A DNA stretch of 64,000 bases, from positions 3,066-67,065 of the forward strand of contig DHVU01000007.1 of the NCBI GenBank assembly GCA_002412825.1, given 5' to 3'. The DNA comes from Spirochaetaceae bacterium UBA5200 (GTDB lineage Bacteria > Spirochaetota > Spirochaetia > Treponematales > UBA12059). A program made the translations under genes and the position numbers. Below are positions 45,059-55,900 of this stretch, piece by piece. Every line of letters starts with the position of its first letter. The stretch's first letter is position 1. The notes below the pieces were generated by a model. The model was given only the letters and a program-made list of their open reading frames with translations. It had not been told where the DNA came from and ran no database searches.

Positions 45059-47005
45059 CTATATGCCGCGCGCTTTTACGAGCCCGCGCAGCTTGTCTAG
45101 CCAGGGGCCGTTCGCGGACAATGCTTCTATGGTGGGGCCCATACGCCAGGTCCAGTTAAATTCGGCAACGGCCCCGGGCACGTTCACCCTGTCCAGGCTA
45201 GGATCGGCGGAACGGTAGCGTTCATCCATATCCAAAAGATCCTGCGCTTGCAGTACAAAAAGCCGGGATGCCGCGCCTGCCAGGGCCTTGAGCAGCGTAT
45301 ACTGGTTTTCAGCGGATAAATGAGGCCCGGTCGCGCTCAATGCCGGGCAATAGGCGGCGGCGAGGCCCTCCCTGCCGTCCTCGAGCTCCCACCAGCCGCG
45401 CAAGGTAGACGTATCATGGACGCTCGGCGTGCACACGGATAGCTCAGGATAGCTCTCAAGCGCTACATAGGGTTGCCCCTCATGGTCCCAGTGTCTCGTC
45501 CAGCGCGGCAGGCGAAGGCCGAGCATGCCCAGTTCGACTAAGGCTTCCGGTACGCCGGGCGGAATGGAGCCGAGGTCTTCCGCGCAGGGCAGCATGGTGC
45601 TTTCCGCCTTGAGCATGCCCAGGAGCAATCGGCCCTGCTCCAGCCAGCTGCGCTCGTCTAGAGCCCGCATACGGCTGAAACGTTCGCCAAGAACTCCCTT
45701 TTCATGGTCGGACAGGCTAGCCCAGGCGCGGGTGGAGCTGTAGCGCCAGGCGGGGGCAAAGCCTCCCTCGGGCAGCGGCACGAGCGCGCGGTCCCGCCAT
45801 CGTTCTTTGAGCTTGTCCGCCAAAGCCGGCTCCAGGCCCGCCGCGCTTATATCGCGCTCGCCGCGAATAGCGCGCTTAAACAGATAGAGCTCTTCGTCGC
45901 CTATGCGGTCCAGCACGCGTTCCCAGCCGAAATAGCCCCTCAGTTCATCGCCGCTTATATGCGGTTCTGAGAGCCATCGTATACGCTCATCGGGAAAGCC
46001 TAGGCCGCTTAGCTCGCCTCTGCCTATGCTCAATCCGGGCATGAAACGGCCCAAACAGCCGGTCTCCTCGCGTTCGGGCAGGGTCCAGAGGCGGAAGAAG
46101 CCCAATACATGGTCGATACGGTAGGAACTGTAATACGCATCTGCTTCACGCAGGCGCGTCTTCCAAAAGGCGTAGCCGTTCTTGGCCATATGTTCCCACT
46201 CATAGACGGGGAAGCCCCAGTTTTGCCCCAGCGGCGATCCTCCGTCGGGCGGGGAGCCGGCTCGAAGGTCCAGCCTGAACGAAAGCCGGTCGGCCCAAAC
46301 ATCGGCGGAGTCCTCATTCATCAATATGGGCAGGTCGCCCAGGAGCTCTATGCCTTTTGCAGCCACGGCGCGCGCGGCTGCGGAGAATTGCTCGGCGCAG
46401 CGCAGCTGTATCCATACCTGGAAGCGGTGATCAAGGAGAAGGCCGGGGTCGCCCCAAAGCGTATCAATGTCTTCGGCCGACGGGTTCCTGTACTCGCTCC
46501 ATTCCTGCCACGAGCGCTCCTGGTTGGCTGCCTTCAAGCGCTTGTATACGGCATAGCCGCGTACCCAGGGATGCGTCGCGATAAAGGCATCGAGGGAGGG
46601 ATCGTTTTTTAGGCTCGCGGCCGCCGCGTCGTATACGGCCCTGAGCGCGGCAAGCTTGGCGTCAAGGGCCGCTTGGTAGGGGAAGCGCTCGCCTGGCTTG
46701 GCCTCGGAGGAAAAACGCTCTAGGTCTTTTTGCGCATCGGGGGCAAGGGAAGCCTCAGGCAGTTGGCTTACGCGCAGGTACAGGGGATGCAGGGCAAAGG
46801 CGGATAGGGCAAAGTAAGGCGAACTCTGGCCTCCGGTATCGTTAAGGGGCAAAAGCTGGATTAGGCCTATGCCGGCGGCGGCGCAAAGAGAGCCGAAATC
46901 GACGAGGTCCGGGTATTCGCCCACGCGCCAGCCGCCCTCGCTTCGCAGCGCCGAAAGGGGCAATGCGACGCCGCAGAGCCGCTTATCGCCGTGTAGGTAG
47001 TTCAT
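45059..47005 (-). CDS. malQ: 4-alpha-glucanotransferase (GH77 amylomaltase)
   Basis: I chose ATG 47005, preceded by GGAGG. The product contains YRIDHVLGFFRLW, CAEDLG and a GH77 layout. Confidence 0.88.
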   Translation of the reverse strand: MNYLHGDKRLCGVALPLSALRSEGGWRVGEYPDLVDFGSLCAAAGIGLIQLLPLNDTGGQSSPYFALSAFALHPLYLRVSQLPEASLAPDAQKDLERFSSEAKPGERFPYQAALDAKLAALRAVYDAAAASLKNDPSLDAFIATHPWVRGYAVYKRLKAANQERSWQEWSEYRNPSAEDIDTLWGDPGLLLDHRFQVWIQLRCAEQFSAAARAVAAKGIELLGDLPILMNEDSADVWADRLSFRLDLRAGSPPDGGSPLGQNWGFPVYEWEHMAKNGYAFWKTRLREADAYYSSYRIDHVLGFFRLWTLPEREETGCLGRFMPGLSIGRGELSGLGFPDERIRWLSEPHISGDELRGYFGWERVLDRIGDEELYLFKRAIRGERDISAAGLEPALADKLKERWRDRALVPLPEGGFAPAWRYSSTRAWASLSDHEKGVLGERFSRMRALDERSWLEQGRLLLGMLKAESTMLPCAEDLGSIPPGVPEALVELGMLGLRLPRWTRHWDHEGQPYVALESYPELSVCTPSVHDTSTLRGWWELEDGREGLAAAYCPALSATGPHLSAENQYTLLKALAGAASRLFVLQAQDLLDMDERYRSADPSLDRVNVPGAVAEFNWTWRMGPTIEALSANGPWLDKLRGLVKARGI

Positions 47006-47082
47006 GGTCGCCTCCGTGGGAGGCAAGCGCGGCCTCCTTAAGAGGCAGTATAGCCGGAGCCTCTGTACCTAGGCAATGAAGG

Positions 47083-48435
47083 CTAGGAAAAGAGCGCTTT
47101 GACCGCCTCCGCCACGCTGGCTACGTTATGCCAGGCTTCCGCCGGATCCACGGCGCCCTTGCCGCCTTCCGCGGGGCCCAGCACGCGCCCGAAACCTAAG
47201 GCTCGGGCGGCCCGCGCGCGGCCGCGCATTCGTTTAGCGGGACGCACCTCGCCCGCCAGAGAGAGTTCGCCGGCAAGCGCCAGGCCGGAAGGCAGAGCCA
47301 AGCCGGTGCGCGCGGAATACAGGGCCGCTGCCAGAGCCAAGTCTATGCCGGGTTCGCTGAGCCGCATGCCGCCCGCGACGTTCACATAGAGGTCCTGGTC
47401 GGAAAAGCGCAGGCCTACATGCTTTTCCAGCACTGCCGCTATCCTGGATACACGAGAGGCGTCTATCCGGTCGGAAAATACCCGCGAGAGGCTGGACTTT
47501 CCCGGCACGGTAAGCGCCTGTATCTCCACCAGTATGCAGCGCGTACCTTCCCAGCTGGCGGCTATGGCGGCGCCTACGGGAGCGGCGCCATCCCTGCGCA
47601 CGAGGAATATGCTCGAGGGGTCTTCAAGCTCCAGGAGGCCTTTCTCCGTCATCGTAAAGAGCCCCACCTCGTCGGTGGAGCCGAAGCGGTTCTTAGCCGA
47701 GCGCAGGAAGCGCACGTCGCTATCGCTCTGCTCGAACATGAGCACGACGTCGACGATATGCTCGGCGGCCTTAGGCCCGGCTATGATGCCGTCCTTGGTG
47801 ACATGGGCCACGAGGAAGCAGGAAGAGCCGTGCTCGCGCGCCCAGTCGGAAAGCTCGAGCGAGCAGTACTTTACCTGGTTGGCTGTGCCCGGCACCGCGC
47901 CGGCCTCGGAGGACATGAGGGTCTGCATGGAATCGATTATGAAGAGCGCGGGCTTTACTCGGTCGAGCGCGGCGATAGCCTCGGATAGTTCTCCCGTGCA
48001 CAGAAGCTCGAGCCCTTCGCGGGCAAGCCCGAGGCGGTCGGCGCGCAGCCGTATTTGAGCGGCGCTCTCTTCTCCGCTTATGTACAGCACCCTGCCCTTT
48101 ACCGCGGCCCTGGCGGCAAGCTGCAGAAGCAGGGTGCTCTTGCCTATGCCGGGCTCGCCGCCAACCAGCACGCTCGAGCCGCGCATGATGCCGCCGCCAA
48201 GGACGCGGTCAAGCTCAGCGCTGCCCGAGGCGTTGCGCGCGCCTTCGTCCGGATTCACCGCGGCTAAGGGTATGGAGAATTTCCCGTTTTTGGCTGCCCG
48301 TCCCTCTGCCGCGGGAGCGGCCGTTTCTTTTAAGGTATTCCACTCCCCGCAGGCGGGGCAGCGCCCGAGCCATTTAGGCTCACGGTGGCCGCAAGATCCG
48401 CACTCGTAGCTTATCTTCGTCGCTTTTACTGCCAT
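47083..48435 (-). CDS. radA: DNA repair protein RadA
   Basis: The product has an N-terminal zinc ribbon (CGSCGHREPKWLGRCPACGEW), a Walker A motif (GEPGIGKST), a KNRFG motif and a Lon-like C-terminal domain. Confidence 0.93.
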   Translation of the reverse strand: MAVKATKISYECGSCGHREPKWLGRCPACGEWNTLKETAAPAAEGRAAKNGKFSIPLAAVNPDEGARNASGSAELDRVLGGGIMRGSSVLVGGEPGIGKSTLLLQLAARAAVKGRVLYISGEESAAQIRLRADRLGLAREGLELLCTGELSEAIAALDRVKPALFIIDSMQTLMSSEAGAVPGTANQVKYCSLELSDWAREHGSSCFLVAHVTKDGIIAGPKAAEHIVDVVLMFEQSDSDVRFLRSAKNRFGSTDEVGLFTMTEKGLLELEDPSSIFLVRRDGAAPVGAAIAASWEGTRCILVEIQALTVPGKSSLSRVFSDRIDASRVSRIAAVLEKHVGLRFSDQDLYVNVAGGMRLSEPGIDLALAAALYSARTGLALPSGLALAGELSLAGEVRPAKRMRGRARAARALGFGRVLGPAEGGKGAVDPAEAWHNVASVAEAVKALFS

Positions 48436-48469
48436 ACTATCCTTAGGTCCGGCTGAGCCGTCCCGCTTG

Positions 48470-50329
48470 CTATAAGCCTAGGTCAACGTCAATTTTTGCC
48501 CGGGTTACGGACAAAAGCTCGGCGGTCGATACCCGCATAAGCTTAAGGAAAAGCTCAAAGCCCTCCGCGCGCTTGTACAGGCTGCCTGACACTACCACAT
48601 CGGCGCCTAAAAAGCCCCCGAGCTTGGCTATACCAGACTCATCGACGAGGCCGGATAGCTGCAGTTCCAGCTCTTCGAGCAGCTTCTGTATATCCTTGCG
48701 TTCCACCATGGTAAAGCGCTTTGGCTGCATCGCCGCGGCCGCCAGGATGAGCCGCTCTCCGAAATATTCGGCATTGAGCGCTACGGAACCGTCAGCGCCG
48801 ACTATGGGCAGCAAGGCCATGGGCGTGGAAGCACGTATCGTATAGCCTGAGTAGTCGAGCAGGTTCCCCAGAGCTTCCGAAAAGAGCTTGCCCAGGGTCT
48901 CGTCGCGGCTTTCGCTGTCTATTTTGTCTGCGCTAAAATAGTTCTGGTCGACCTCAAGCGGCGTATCGGACAGGTAAGCCACCTCTTCCTTGATGAAGCG
49001 TATGATAATGGCCTCGAGCTTGTCGGTGGTATAGTTGGAACCGGTATGGTGGCTTACCGAGCCGGGCGCGCCGCCTTCCGACTCGCCCTGCTCGCCATAG
49101 TTAAGGAATATGTAGCGGGCGTCGCTGAGCTGGGCTATTTGGCGCAAAACATATTCGCCCTCAAGCGGCAGGCCCCCCGTTCCTATGGTGTAGATCTTTA
49201 TGCCTTTCTCCCTGGCATCGTTGGCGGCATGGATATAGTTGTAGCTCTGATCGGGATAGAGCTGCGCGTCGGCATCGGTAATAGCGAAGGCGAGCCGTAT
49301 GCCGTTCTTGTTCCAATCCAGGGAGTTGAGCGAGTCATACAAGGCTGCCTGAAGGTCCTCGGGCCTATCGCCGCCGCCGGATGCGTATACCGCATCGAGT
49401 TCATCCTGAAAGCCGATCAAATCCTCGGTAAACGGCACAACCCTGGTCACGTACTCGTCGCCCCTATCCTTATAGAGAACCAGGCCAAAGCGCACGAGGG
49501 GCCGCGGCTTAAGCGCGTTCGCGTTCGCGTAGATGATTTCTATAGTAGCGCGCAGGCGCTCTATCTCTTCGCCCATGGAACCTGTGGTATCGAGTATGAA
49601 GAGTATATCGAGCGGTATGGGTTGGGCTATGGAGCGGTTCACGCCAAGTCGGTGCTCAACGGTACGCGGTCCGTCGCGCTTGACTTGTATGCGGTCACGC
49701 CGGCCCGCTGCCTGAATGATAAGGTCAAAAGACGCGAAGGGTTCGATCTTCAGCCCGTCCTGCTTGGCCAGGGCCGCTGGATAGAAGCGGAAGAGCCCGT
49801 CGGCATGGCTTAAGCCCCGCGCGAGCTCCCGCGCGCCTAGTGATACGGAGATCAGGGCATTGGGCACCGGCTTACCCTTGGCGTCTAGCACCCGTACGCT
49901 CAGGCGTTCTTGTATATCGTAGGGAATATGGGGCACTGCGGCATATTGTTCCAGAAAGGCGGTAAAGTAGTTAAACTGCGCATTGTCGTCTGAATAGCCG
50001 GCGCGTAAGCCTGAGGCCGAAGGCGCGGGGCGGGCGACGCCCGTGGCCCCGGACGCGCTCAGCGATGGAGCCGGAGGAGGAGCGCCGGTCATGGCCTCGC
50101 CGCGCAGCGCAGGCGCGCTGCGCTCGCTCTCAAGGGTATCCTCAGCCAGGTCGCGGGCCTCGGATTTACTAACGGCGGGAGCGCTTACGGCAGGGTCGGC
50201 CGTGGCTGTCGTATCGGGAACCAAGGCGCTCAGCGCTTCATCGGGCGCTCCAGCGCAGGAAAAGAGCAGAGAAAGCGCCAGTATGCATACAGATACCCGG
50301 GCCAGCGCGCTCTTAGCGTTTTTATGCAT
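48470..50329 (-). CDS. VWA-domain lipoprotein with C-terminal CsgG/FlgO-like domain
   Basis: I chose ATG 50329 (GGAGG 7 nt upstream). The product has a lipobox (LLFSCAG), a VWA MIDAS-type motif (FILDTTGSM) and a C-terminal segment resembling CsgG/FlgO/LpoB-type domains (IAKLGGFLGADVVVSGSL). Confidence 0.7.
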   Translation of the reverse strand: MHKNAKSALARVSVCILALSLLFSCAGAPDEALSALVPDTTATADPAVSAPAVSKSEARDLAEDTLESERSAPALRGEAMTGAPPPAPSLSASGATGVARPAPSASGLRAGYSDDNAQFNYFTAFLEQYAAVPHIPYDIQERLSVRVLDAKGKPVPNALISVSLGARELARGLSHADGLFRFYPAALAKQDGLKIEPFASFDLIIQAAGRRDRIQVKRDGPRTVEHRLGVNRSIAQPIPLDILFILDTTGSMGEEIERLRATIEIIYANANALKPRPLVRFGLVLYKDRGDEYVTRVVPFTEDLIGFQDELDAVYASGGGDRPEDLQAALYDSLNSLDWNKNGIRLAFAITDADAQLYPDQSYNYIHAANDAREKGIKIYTIGTGGLPLEGEYVLRQIAQLSDARYIFLNYGEQGESEGGAPGSVSHHTGSNYTTDKLEAIIIRFIKEEVAYLSDTPLEVDQNYFSADKIDSESRDETLGKLFSEALGNLLDYSGYTIRASTPMALLPIVGADGSVALNAEYFGERLILAAAAMQPKRFTMVERKDIQKLLEELELQLSGLVDESGIAKLGGFLGADVVVSGSLYKRAEGFELFLKLMRVSTAELLSVTRAKIDVDLGL

Positions 50330-50398
50330 GACTTTACCTCCATGGATGAGCCTAAGGCCCATCCATGGCAGTAGTATAGCGCGGGCCCTGCGCCTAAT

Positions 50399-51106
50399 CT
50401 AACCCTTTATGATGCGGCCGAAGCCGGAAATCTTCTGTTTTATGGCGGGCTGGCCGTAATAGGTAATAGAGCCGAGGCCGCTTATCGACGCATCGAGGCT
50501 TTTGGTCACCGAGAGCTCCGCGCTGCCCGTTCCGGATATGCTTACGCGAGCGGATAGGGCGTTAAGCTGCCGCGCGGATACCGAACCGACGCCGCTGACG
50601 GTAACGCCAAGGTCATCGGCCCTGCCCATGAGGCTAATGGAACCGGTGCCGCTTAAGCTTAATTTGGCCTTGTCCACATTGAGTCGAGCGGATACGGAGC
50701 CCGAACCGCTAATCTCGGCCTCGAAGGAACGGCCTTTAAAGCCCTCTCCTATACGTATTGAGCCTGCGCCAGACATGCTCACGTAGTTTAAGGCCGGCAT
50801 CACGATATGGATTTTCAGTTTGGTATGCCCCTGTACGGAACTGCCCTGCTTAAAGCCCAGATACAGGACATCGCCGCGCACCGTAGTTTCAAAGAGATCC
50901 TGCAGATTGGAATCGAGGGTAACGATAAGCTCGAAGCTACGGCCGAATTCGATACTTATATCTTCCACCGAGCTTGCAGACACGCCGGTGAAACCCTGCA
51001 CATCGCGCACGCTGTCCACGAGTACGCCATTGCCCCGTACGCTCAAGGCGCTAACGCTGGCTACCGCAAACGATGCTACGGCCACTATCGCCAAGGTATT
51101 TCTCAT
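50399..51106 (-). CDS. DUF2807 (head GIN domain-like) secreted protein
   Basis: I chose ATG 51106, preceded by GGAAGGAG. The product has a signal peptide and repeated GSGS/ISGxGS beta-helix-like segments. Confidence 0.6.
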   Translation of the reverse strand: MRNTLAIVAVASFAVASVSALSVRGNGVLVDSVRDVQGFTGVSASSVEDISIEFGRSFELIVTLDSNLQDLFETTVRGDVLYLGFKQGSSVQGHTKLKIHIVMPALNYVSMSGAGSIRIGEGFKGRSFEAEISGSGSVSARLNVDKAKLSLSGTGSISLMGRADDLGVTVSGVGSVSARQLNALSARVSISGTGSAELSVTKSLDASISGLGSITYYGQPAIKQKISGFGRIIKG

Positions 51107-51172
51107 AAGGCTCCTTCCCGCGCTTTCGCCGCGGATCGCTTCGTCCGCCCGCATACGCGCGGCGGCTCGAAC

Positions 51173-51199
51173 GATTGAATATATTATGATTGAATATAT
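51173..51199. promoter_or_regulatory. 12-bp direct repeat GATTGAATATAT x2 (15-bp period) in a divergent promoter region
   Basis: Read directly from the sequence. It lies between the 50399-51106 (-) and 51362-52912 (+) genes. Confidence 0.5.
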
Positions 51200-51361
51200 A
51201 TCCCCTGCTAAAACCAGGCAAGGTTTTATTTTACCGAAGCGCATGATTTCAAGATCTTTGCGGCCGCTATAGAATTTCAACTATTTTACTAGTATGATTC
51301 TTTACTGTGGCTACAGCGTAGCTAGCCTCGCCCTGGCGTTTCCTAGAGGAGGCATCGCGCC

Positions 51362-52912
51362 ATGAATACAGCCCGACGACATACGCTCGCTTTATGCCTC
51401 TGCCTTCTAGCGCTGAGTTCATGTTCGGCGCCTCTGCGCAGCAAGATAATCCACGTAAACTCATTGCGGGGCCAGATATGGCCTAGCAAATCAGGCGATT
51501 CGTTACTCGGCGGTTTTTCATTGCTTTCATCGGCCATTAAGGACGAGAAAAACAATGATCCGGGAGCCCGCCATTACGTAGTCGCGGTATACAACGCTCT
51601 GCATGGCACGGCCGAAGCGCATTTTACCGAGGGGCGCGCAGTCGTGGACCTGATGAACGCCACAGGCTTCGACGCGCTCGTGCTTGGCCCCCGCGATTTT
51701 TATTTCGGCCTCGAGGCGCTTGAACGCCTTGCCGTGGCGGCGGCATTTCCCTTCCTAGCGGCTAACATAGGCTATGAGACGGGGGCCAAGCCCGCTTTCA
51801 TCAAACCCTTCCTGTATGACCCGAAAACCAAACTGGGGCTCATAGCGTTAGCGCCGCGCCAGGTAATCACCCAGAACCTGGCTCAAAACGTCCGCGGCCT
51901 GACCATGAAAGACGAGATCCTCGTAGTACAGGAAGCCCTGCGCGAACTCAAGGCTCTCGGAGCAAAAAGCATAGGGCTCTTCGCGGGCGGCATCGTGTGG
52001 GGCGGACCGCAAGGCTCCGATGACAGCGCGCTTGCCGCAGCCTTGCTGGAGCTGGACGGTATCGACCAATACTGGTTCGGATCTCCCTCGCCCAATACGC
52101 CTGACGGGCTGACTATACTAGAAGGGCCTAATGGCCCGCGTATAGTAGCGGTGCAATCCGGCGCCCGCTTCACGAACGGCCATATGATCGCTCAAACCAG
52201 TTTCGCCGCGTCGCCTGAAGGGGCTGAATTCCGCTCCATACCCGTAAGCGCCGAACGCTACCAAGCGGACGAGGCTCTTTCATCGCTGCTCTACACCATA
52301 GAGCAGACTATTGCCGGCGCCATGAACAGCCCCGTGGCCTCGTCCCTTATGGGTTTTAGCCTTGATTTTGAGCAGGAATGCTCGATGGGCAATCTTGTGT
52401 GCGACATTTTCCGCGATTATACCGGCAGCGACATATTCTTCCTCAACTCAGGCAAGATACGGGCCGCCCTTTCGCAAGGCTCTATAAGCCGTAAAGACGT
52501 ATACGATATCTTGCCCTTCGGCGGTAATCTTGTAAGCGCGACCATGAGCGGAGAGCAGATAATGGCGCTGCTCAACAAGAGCCTGAGCTACGTGGGCAAT
52601 CCCAAGGCGGGCAGGGGCTTCCTGCAGGTGTCAGGCATAAGCTTCGCCTGGGATCCCAGCTTACCAGCCGGCGACCAGGTGCTTAAGGCCAGTATCCGTA
52701 TAGGAGACGAAGCCTTAAATCCGGCGCGCAGGTATCGAGTGGCTACCGAGGCGTATATATTCGGAGGAGGCGACGGCTACAGCCTTTTTGCCGAACAGGG
52801 CATAGGCATGGAACGCTTTTACGAGAGCTCCATCCTTACCATACTCGAGGATGCGCTTAGAACTGCCAAAGAGCTGACGGCCCCCGATTTGGGCAGGATA
52901 ACAAGGCGCTGA
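51362..52912 (+). CDS. 5'-nucleotidase/UshA-family lipoprotein with degenerate metallophosphatase motifs
   Basis: The 516-aa product has a lipobox (LALSSCSA). The C-terminal 5'-nucleotidase substrate-binding domain is recognisable (GNLVCDIFRD, LNSGKIRA, ILPFGGNLV). The N-terminal metal-ligand motifs are substituted. Confidence 0.75.
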   Translation: MNTARRHTLALCLCLLALSSCSAPLRSKIIHVNSLRGQIWPSKSGDSLLGGFSLLSSAIKDEKNNDPGARHYVVAVYNALHGTAEAHFTEGRAVVDLMNATGFDALVLGPRDFYFGLEALERLAVAAAFPFLAANIGYETGAKPAFIKPFLYDPKTKLGLIALAPRQVITQNLAQNVRGLTMKDEILVVQEALRELKALGAKSIGLFAGGIVWGGPQGSDDSALAAALLELDGIDQYWFGSPSPNTPDGLTILEGPNGPRIVAVQSGARFTNGHMIAQTSFAASPEGAEFRSIPVSAERYQADEALSSLLYTIEQTIAGAMNSPVASSLMGFSLDFEQECSMGNLVCDIFRDYTGSDIFFLNSGKIRAALSQGSISRKDVYDILPFGGNLVSATMSGEQIMALLNKSLSYVGNPKAGRGFLQVSGISFAWDPSLPAGDQVLKASIRIGDEALNPARRYRVATEAYIFGGGDGYSLFAEQGIGMERFYESSILTILEDALRTAKELTAPDLGRITRR

Positions 52913-52916
52913 GCCC

Positions 52917-55900
52917 ATGCCTAGCTCGCGCGTAAGCTATAAAATATTCTTAACCTTCATTATCATTATAGCCTTGCCCGTCCTTGGGCTCTCTATCGTG
53001 CTCTCCCGCATAGCCAGCGGCGTCGATCAGGCGCGGCAGGAAGACCGTTTCGCCTACGCGGAAAGCTATCTGCAGGGGTCTATACTCGATTCGATGCGTT
53101 TCGCGGAGAGCAGGCTCAGGCAGGCCACGCAGGATGCCCGCTTCTCAAGGATCATGCCCTCCTTCCTATCCGGCCAGGATGTTACGCAACAAGTTCTCAG
53201 CCTCATGGGCGAATACGGCCTTGAAGGCTTCGCGCTTTCCCCTGGCGACGGTACGCTCATCTCTTTCGGCTATCGCCGCGAATCCTTCAGCGGCGCCGGT
53301 TATGACCGACAACACAAAGCGCCTCGTCAGGCGGGCAGGATAGAAAAAGACGGCATCCTGCTATTCGCCGCTCTTCCGCTCAGCCCTGCGTTGTCTGCTA
53401 TCGGGATGCGGTCCATCGAGCGCTCGGTGCTCGAGGTACTGAAGACCTCGCTCGGGGCGGATTTTGATATCGCGCATCGTAGCGCCCCCGATATTCTGGT
53501 GCTGACGACGAAGCGCGATCCTTTCGGCATGAATCTTTCCGGGTCATCGATATCCGAACTTAAGTCGAAGCAGCTTAACGCCGAGCCCAGGGTTCAACGC
53601 GCGATTACGTTGCCCGAACCATTCAGCGCGGACTATCAGGCATGGATATCGTTACCGGCTCTCTCGCTGGCGGTATCGGAGACTGGCGCCTATATTGCTG
53701 CTTTCGCCTTAGCTACCCTGGCCCTGGCCGCTGCGGCCAGCGTCATACTGTCACGTCAGATAGTGCGCCCGCTTGGTTCCCTGCTCCTAGGCGTACAAGC
53801 GCTCTCAGCCTCGCTCGTAACCGGCGAGGGCTTTGAACGATTGCCGATCAATACCCAGGATGAGCTTGGCGAACTTACCGAGGGATTCAACCGCATGGGC
53901 AGCGAACTCGTAGCGGCACACCGGGAACTGCTACGTCAGAATGACGAACTCAAAGAGGTAGATCAGCTCAAGAACGATTTCCTTTCAACCACCTCTGCCG
54001 AATTGCGCTCTCCGCTTAACACGATTATCAGTCTTGCGGATTCCATGCTCGGCTCCGAAAGCTTGTCTGAAGACGACCGCAATACCGTGCGCTACATAAG
54101 CACGAGCGGCAAAAAACTCTATGGCATGATAGGCGACGTGCTTGACTATACCAGGCTTGAGCATGGGGACGTGGCCCTTCAGCCGCGGGTATTCGAGCTT
54201 AAGCCCTTGGCCGACCTTGTCCTGCGCTTTTGTTCAGGACTCAAGAAAAAGAACGTTGAGCTCTTTAACCTCATAGAACCGGAACTGCTCGTACGCGCTG
54301 ATGAAGGGCGCATAGAACAGGTACTCTATAACCTTATAGGCTACGCGGTACGCAGAACCGGGCAAGGTTCCGTCATCGTGCGTAGCCAGCGCGAGGCGGA
54401 GTTCGTGGTTATTAGCGTTAGCGACTGGGGCGGCAACGAAGCCGGCGATCAAGCCGAGCCCGGCCCGGAGGGCCTTGACCTGCCTATAGCAAAACGCCTC
54501 CTTGAGCTACACGGCACAGCGCTGTTAATCGAGTCGAATCCCGGAAAAGGCGGTCTCTTCTCCTTCAGCCTACCATCAGTATCCTATGCGGAAAACGCCG
54601 CGGCCAAGGACTTAGGGGGCTTTATCCCCGAGGACGAAATCGACGAGCTCGTGCCGCTCGATGATCCAGCCTATGCCCCAAACGCCGCGGATCGTCGCTA
54701 TCGCATACTCGTAGTGGATGAGGATCCGGTCATACTGCGCATACTCATGAATGGGCTGCGCGATCGCTACGACCTCAGCTGCGCAAGCGATGGCGCGGAA
54801 GCGTTGCGCAGAATAGGCGCAAACCCGCAGGCTCTGGATGTCATACTCATAGCCGCAAAATTGCCTAAAATTTCCGGATACGAACTGTGCGGCATGATAC
54901 GTCAGGAACACAGCTCTATGCAGTTGCCCATAATCATGATGACCGAACAGGGCAGGCCAGCCGATATAGAGGAGGCATTCGCCTGCGGCGCCAACGATGT
55001 GGTAACGAAACCAGCCTCAATTTTCGAGCTCAGGGCTAGGCTCAAGACGCATATAGAGCTGTCCAAGCTTAACGACGCTTACGCCCGCTTTGTACCGCGG
55101 GATTTCCTGGGCTTCTTGGGTAAATCAAGCATAATCGATACCAGGCTCGGCGAGTATATAGAGAGCGACATGACCATACTGGTATCAGATATACGCGGCT
55201 TTACCCTTATGTCAGAGCGCCTTGGACCCCAGGCTGTATTCGTGCGCCTCAATGACTATCTTTCGCGCATGGGGCCGATAATCCGAGCGCATAATGGTTT
55301 TATAGATAAGTATATAGGCGATACCATTATGGCTATCTTTCCCCAAAAACCCTTAGACGCCATCAGGGCCGCGCAGGCCATGTGCACGGAAATGGATGCC
55401 TTCAACGCAGAAGCCTCTCAGAAGGATGAGGAAGCCATAGTCGCGGGCATAGGCGTGCACACCGGCAGGCTCATGCTGGGCACCATAGGGGAAGCGGAGC
55501 GTATGGACGGCACCGTGCTCTCGAATGTGGTAAATCTCGCCTTCAAGCTGGAAAGCCTTACCAAGCCCTTCGGCGCTCAGATCATCGTGTCCGGCGCGGT
55601 GATGGAAGCGATCAGCTCGTCGATGGAAGGGATGACGCAGCGCTACTTAGGCTTATCCAAAATCAAGGGTAAGGACACGAGCATACCGATCTATGAGCTC
55701 ATGCTTCCAGGCAGCGAAGGCGCCACGCAAAAGAAAAGGGAGCTACGGCATCGCTTTGAAAAAGCGGTATTTCTCTATGATTCTGGCGCCATGGATGAAG
55801 CGTACCGGGCTTTCCTCGACTTGAGCGCTGAACTTCCAGAGGATCCTGCCTGGCGCGTCTATGTGAACCGCATACTCGGCGCCCGCGGCTATGACGACGC

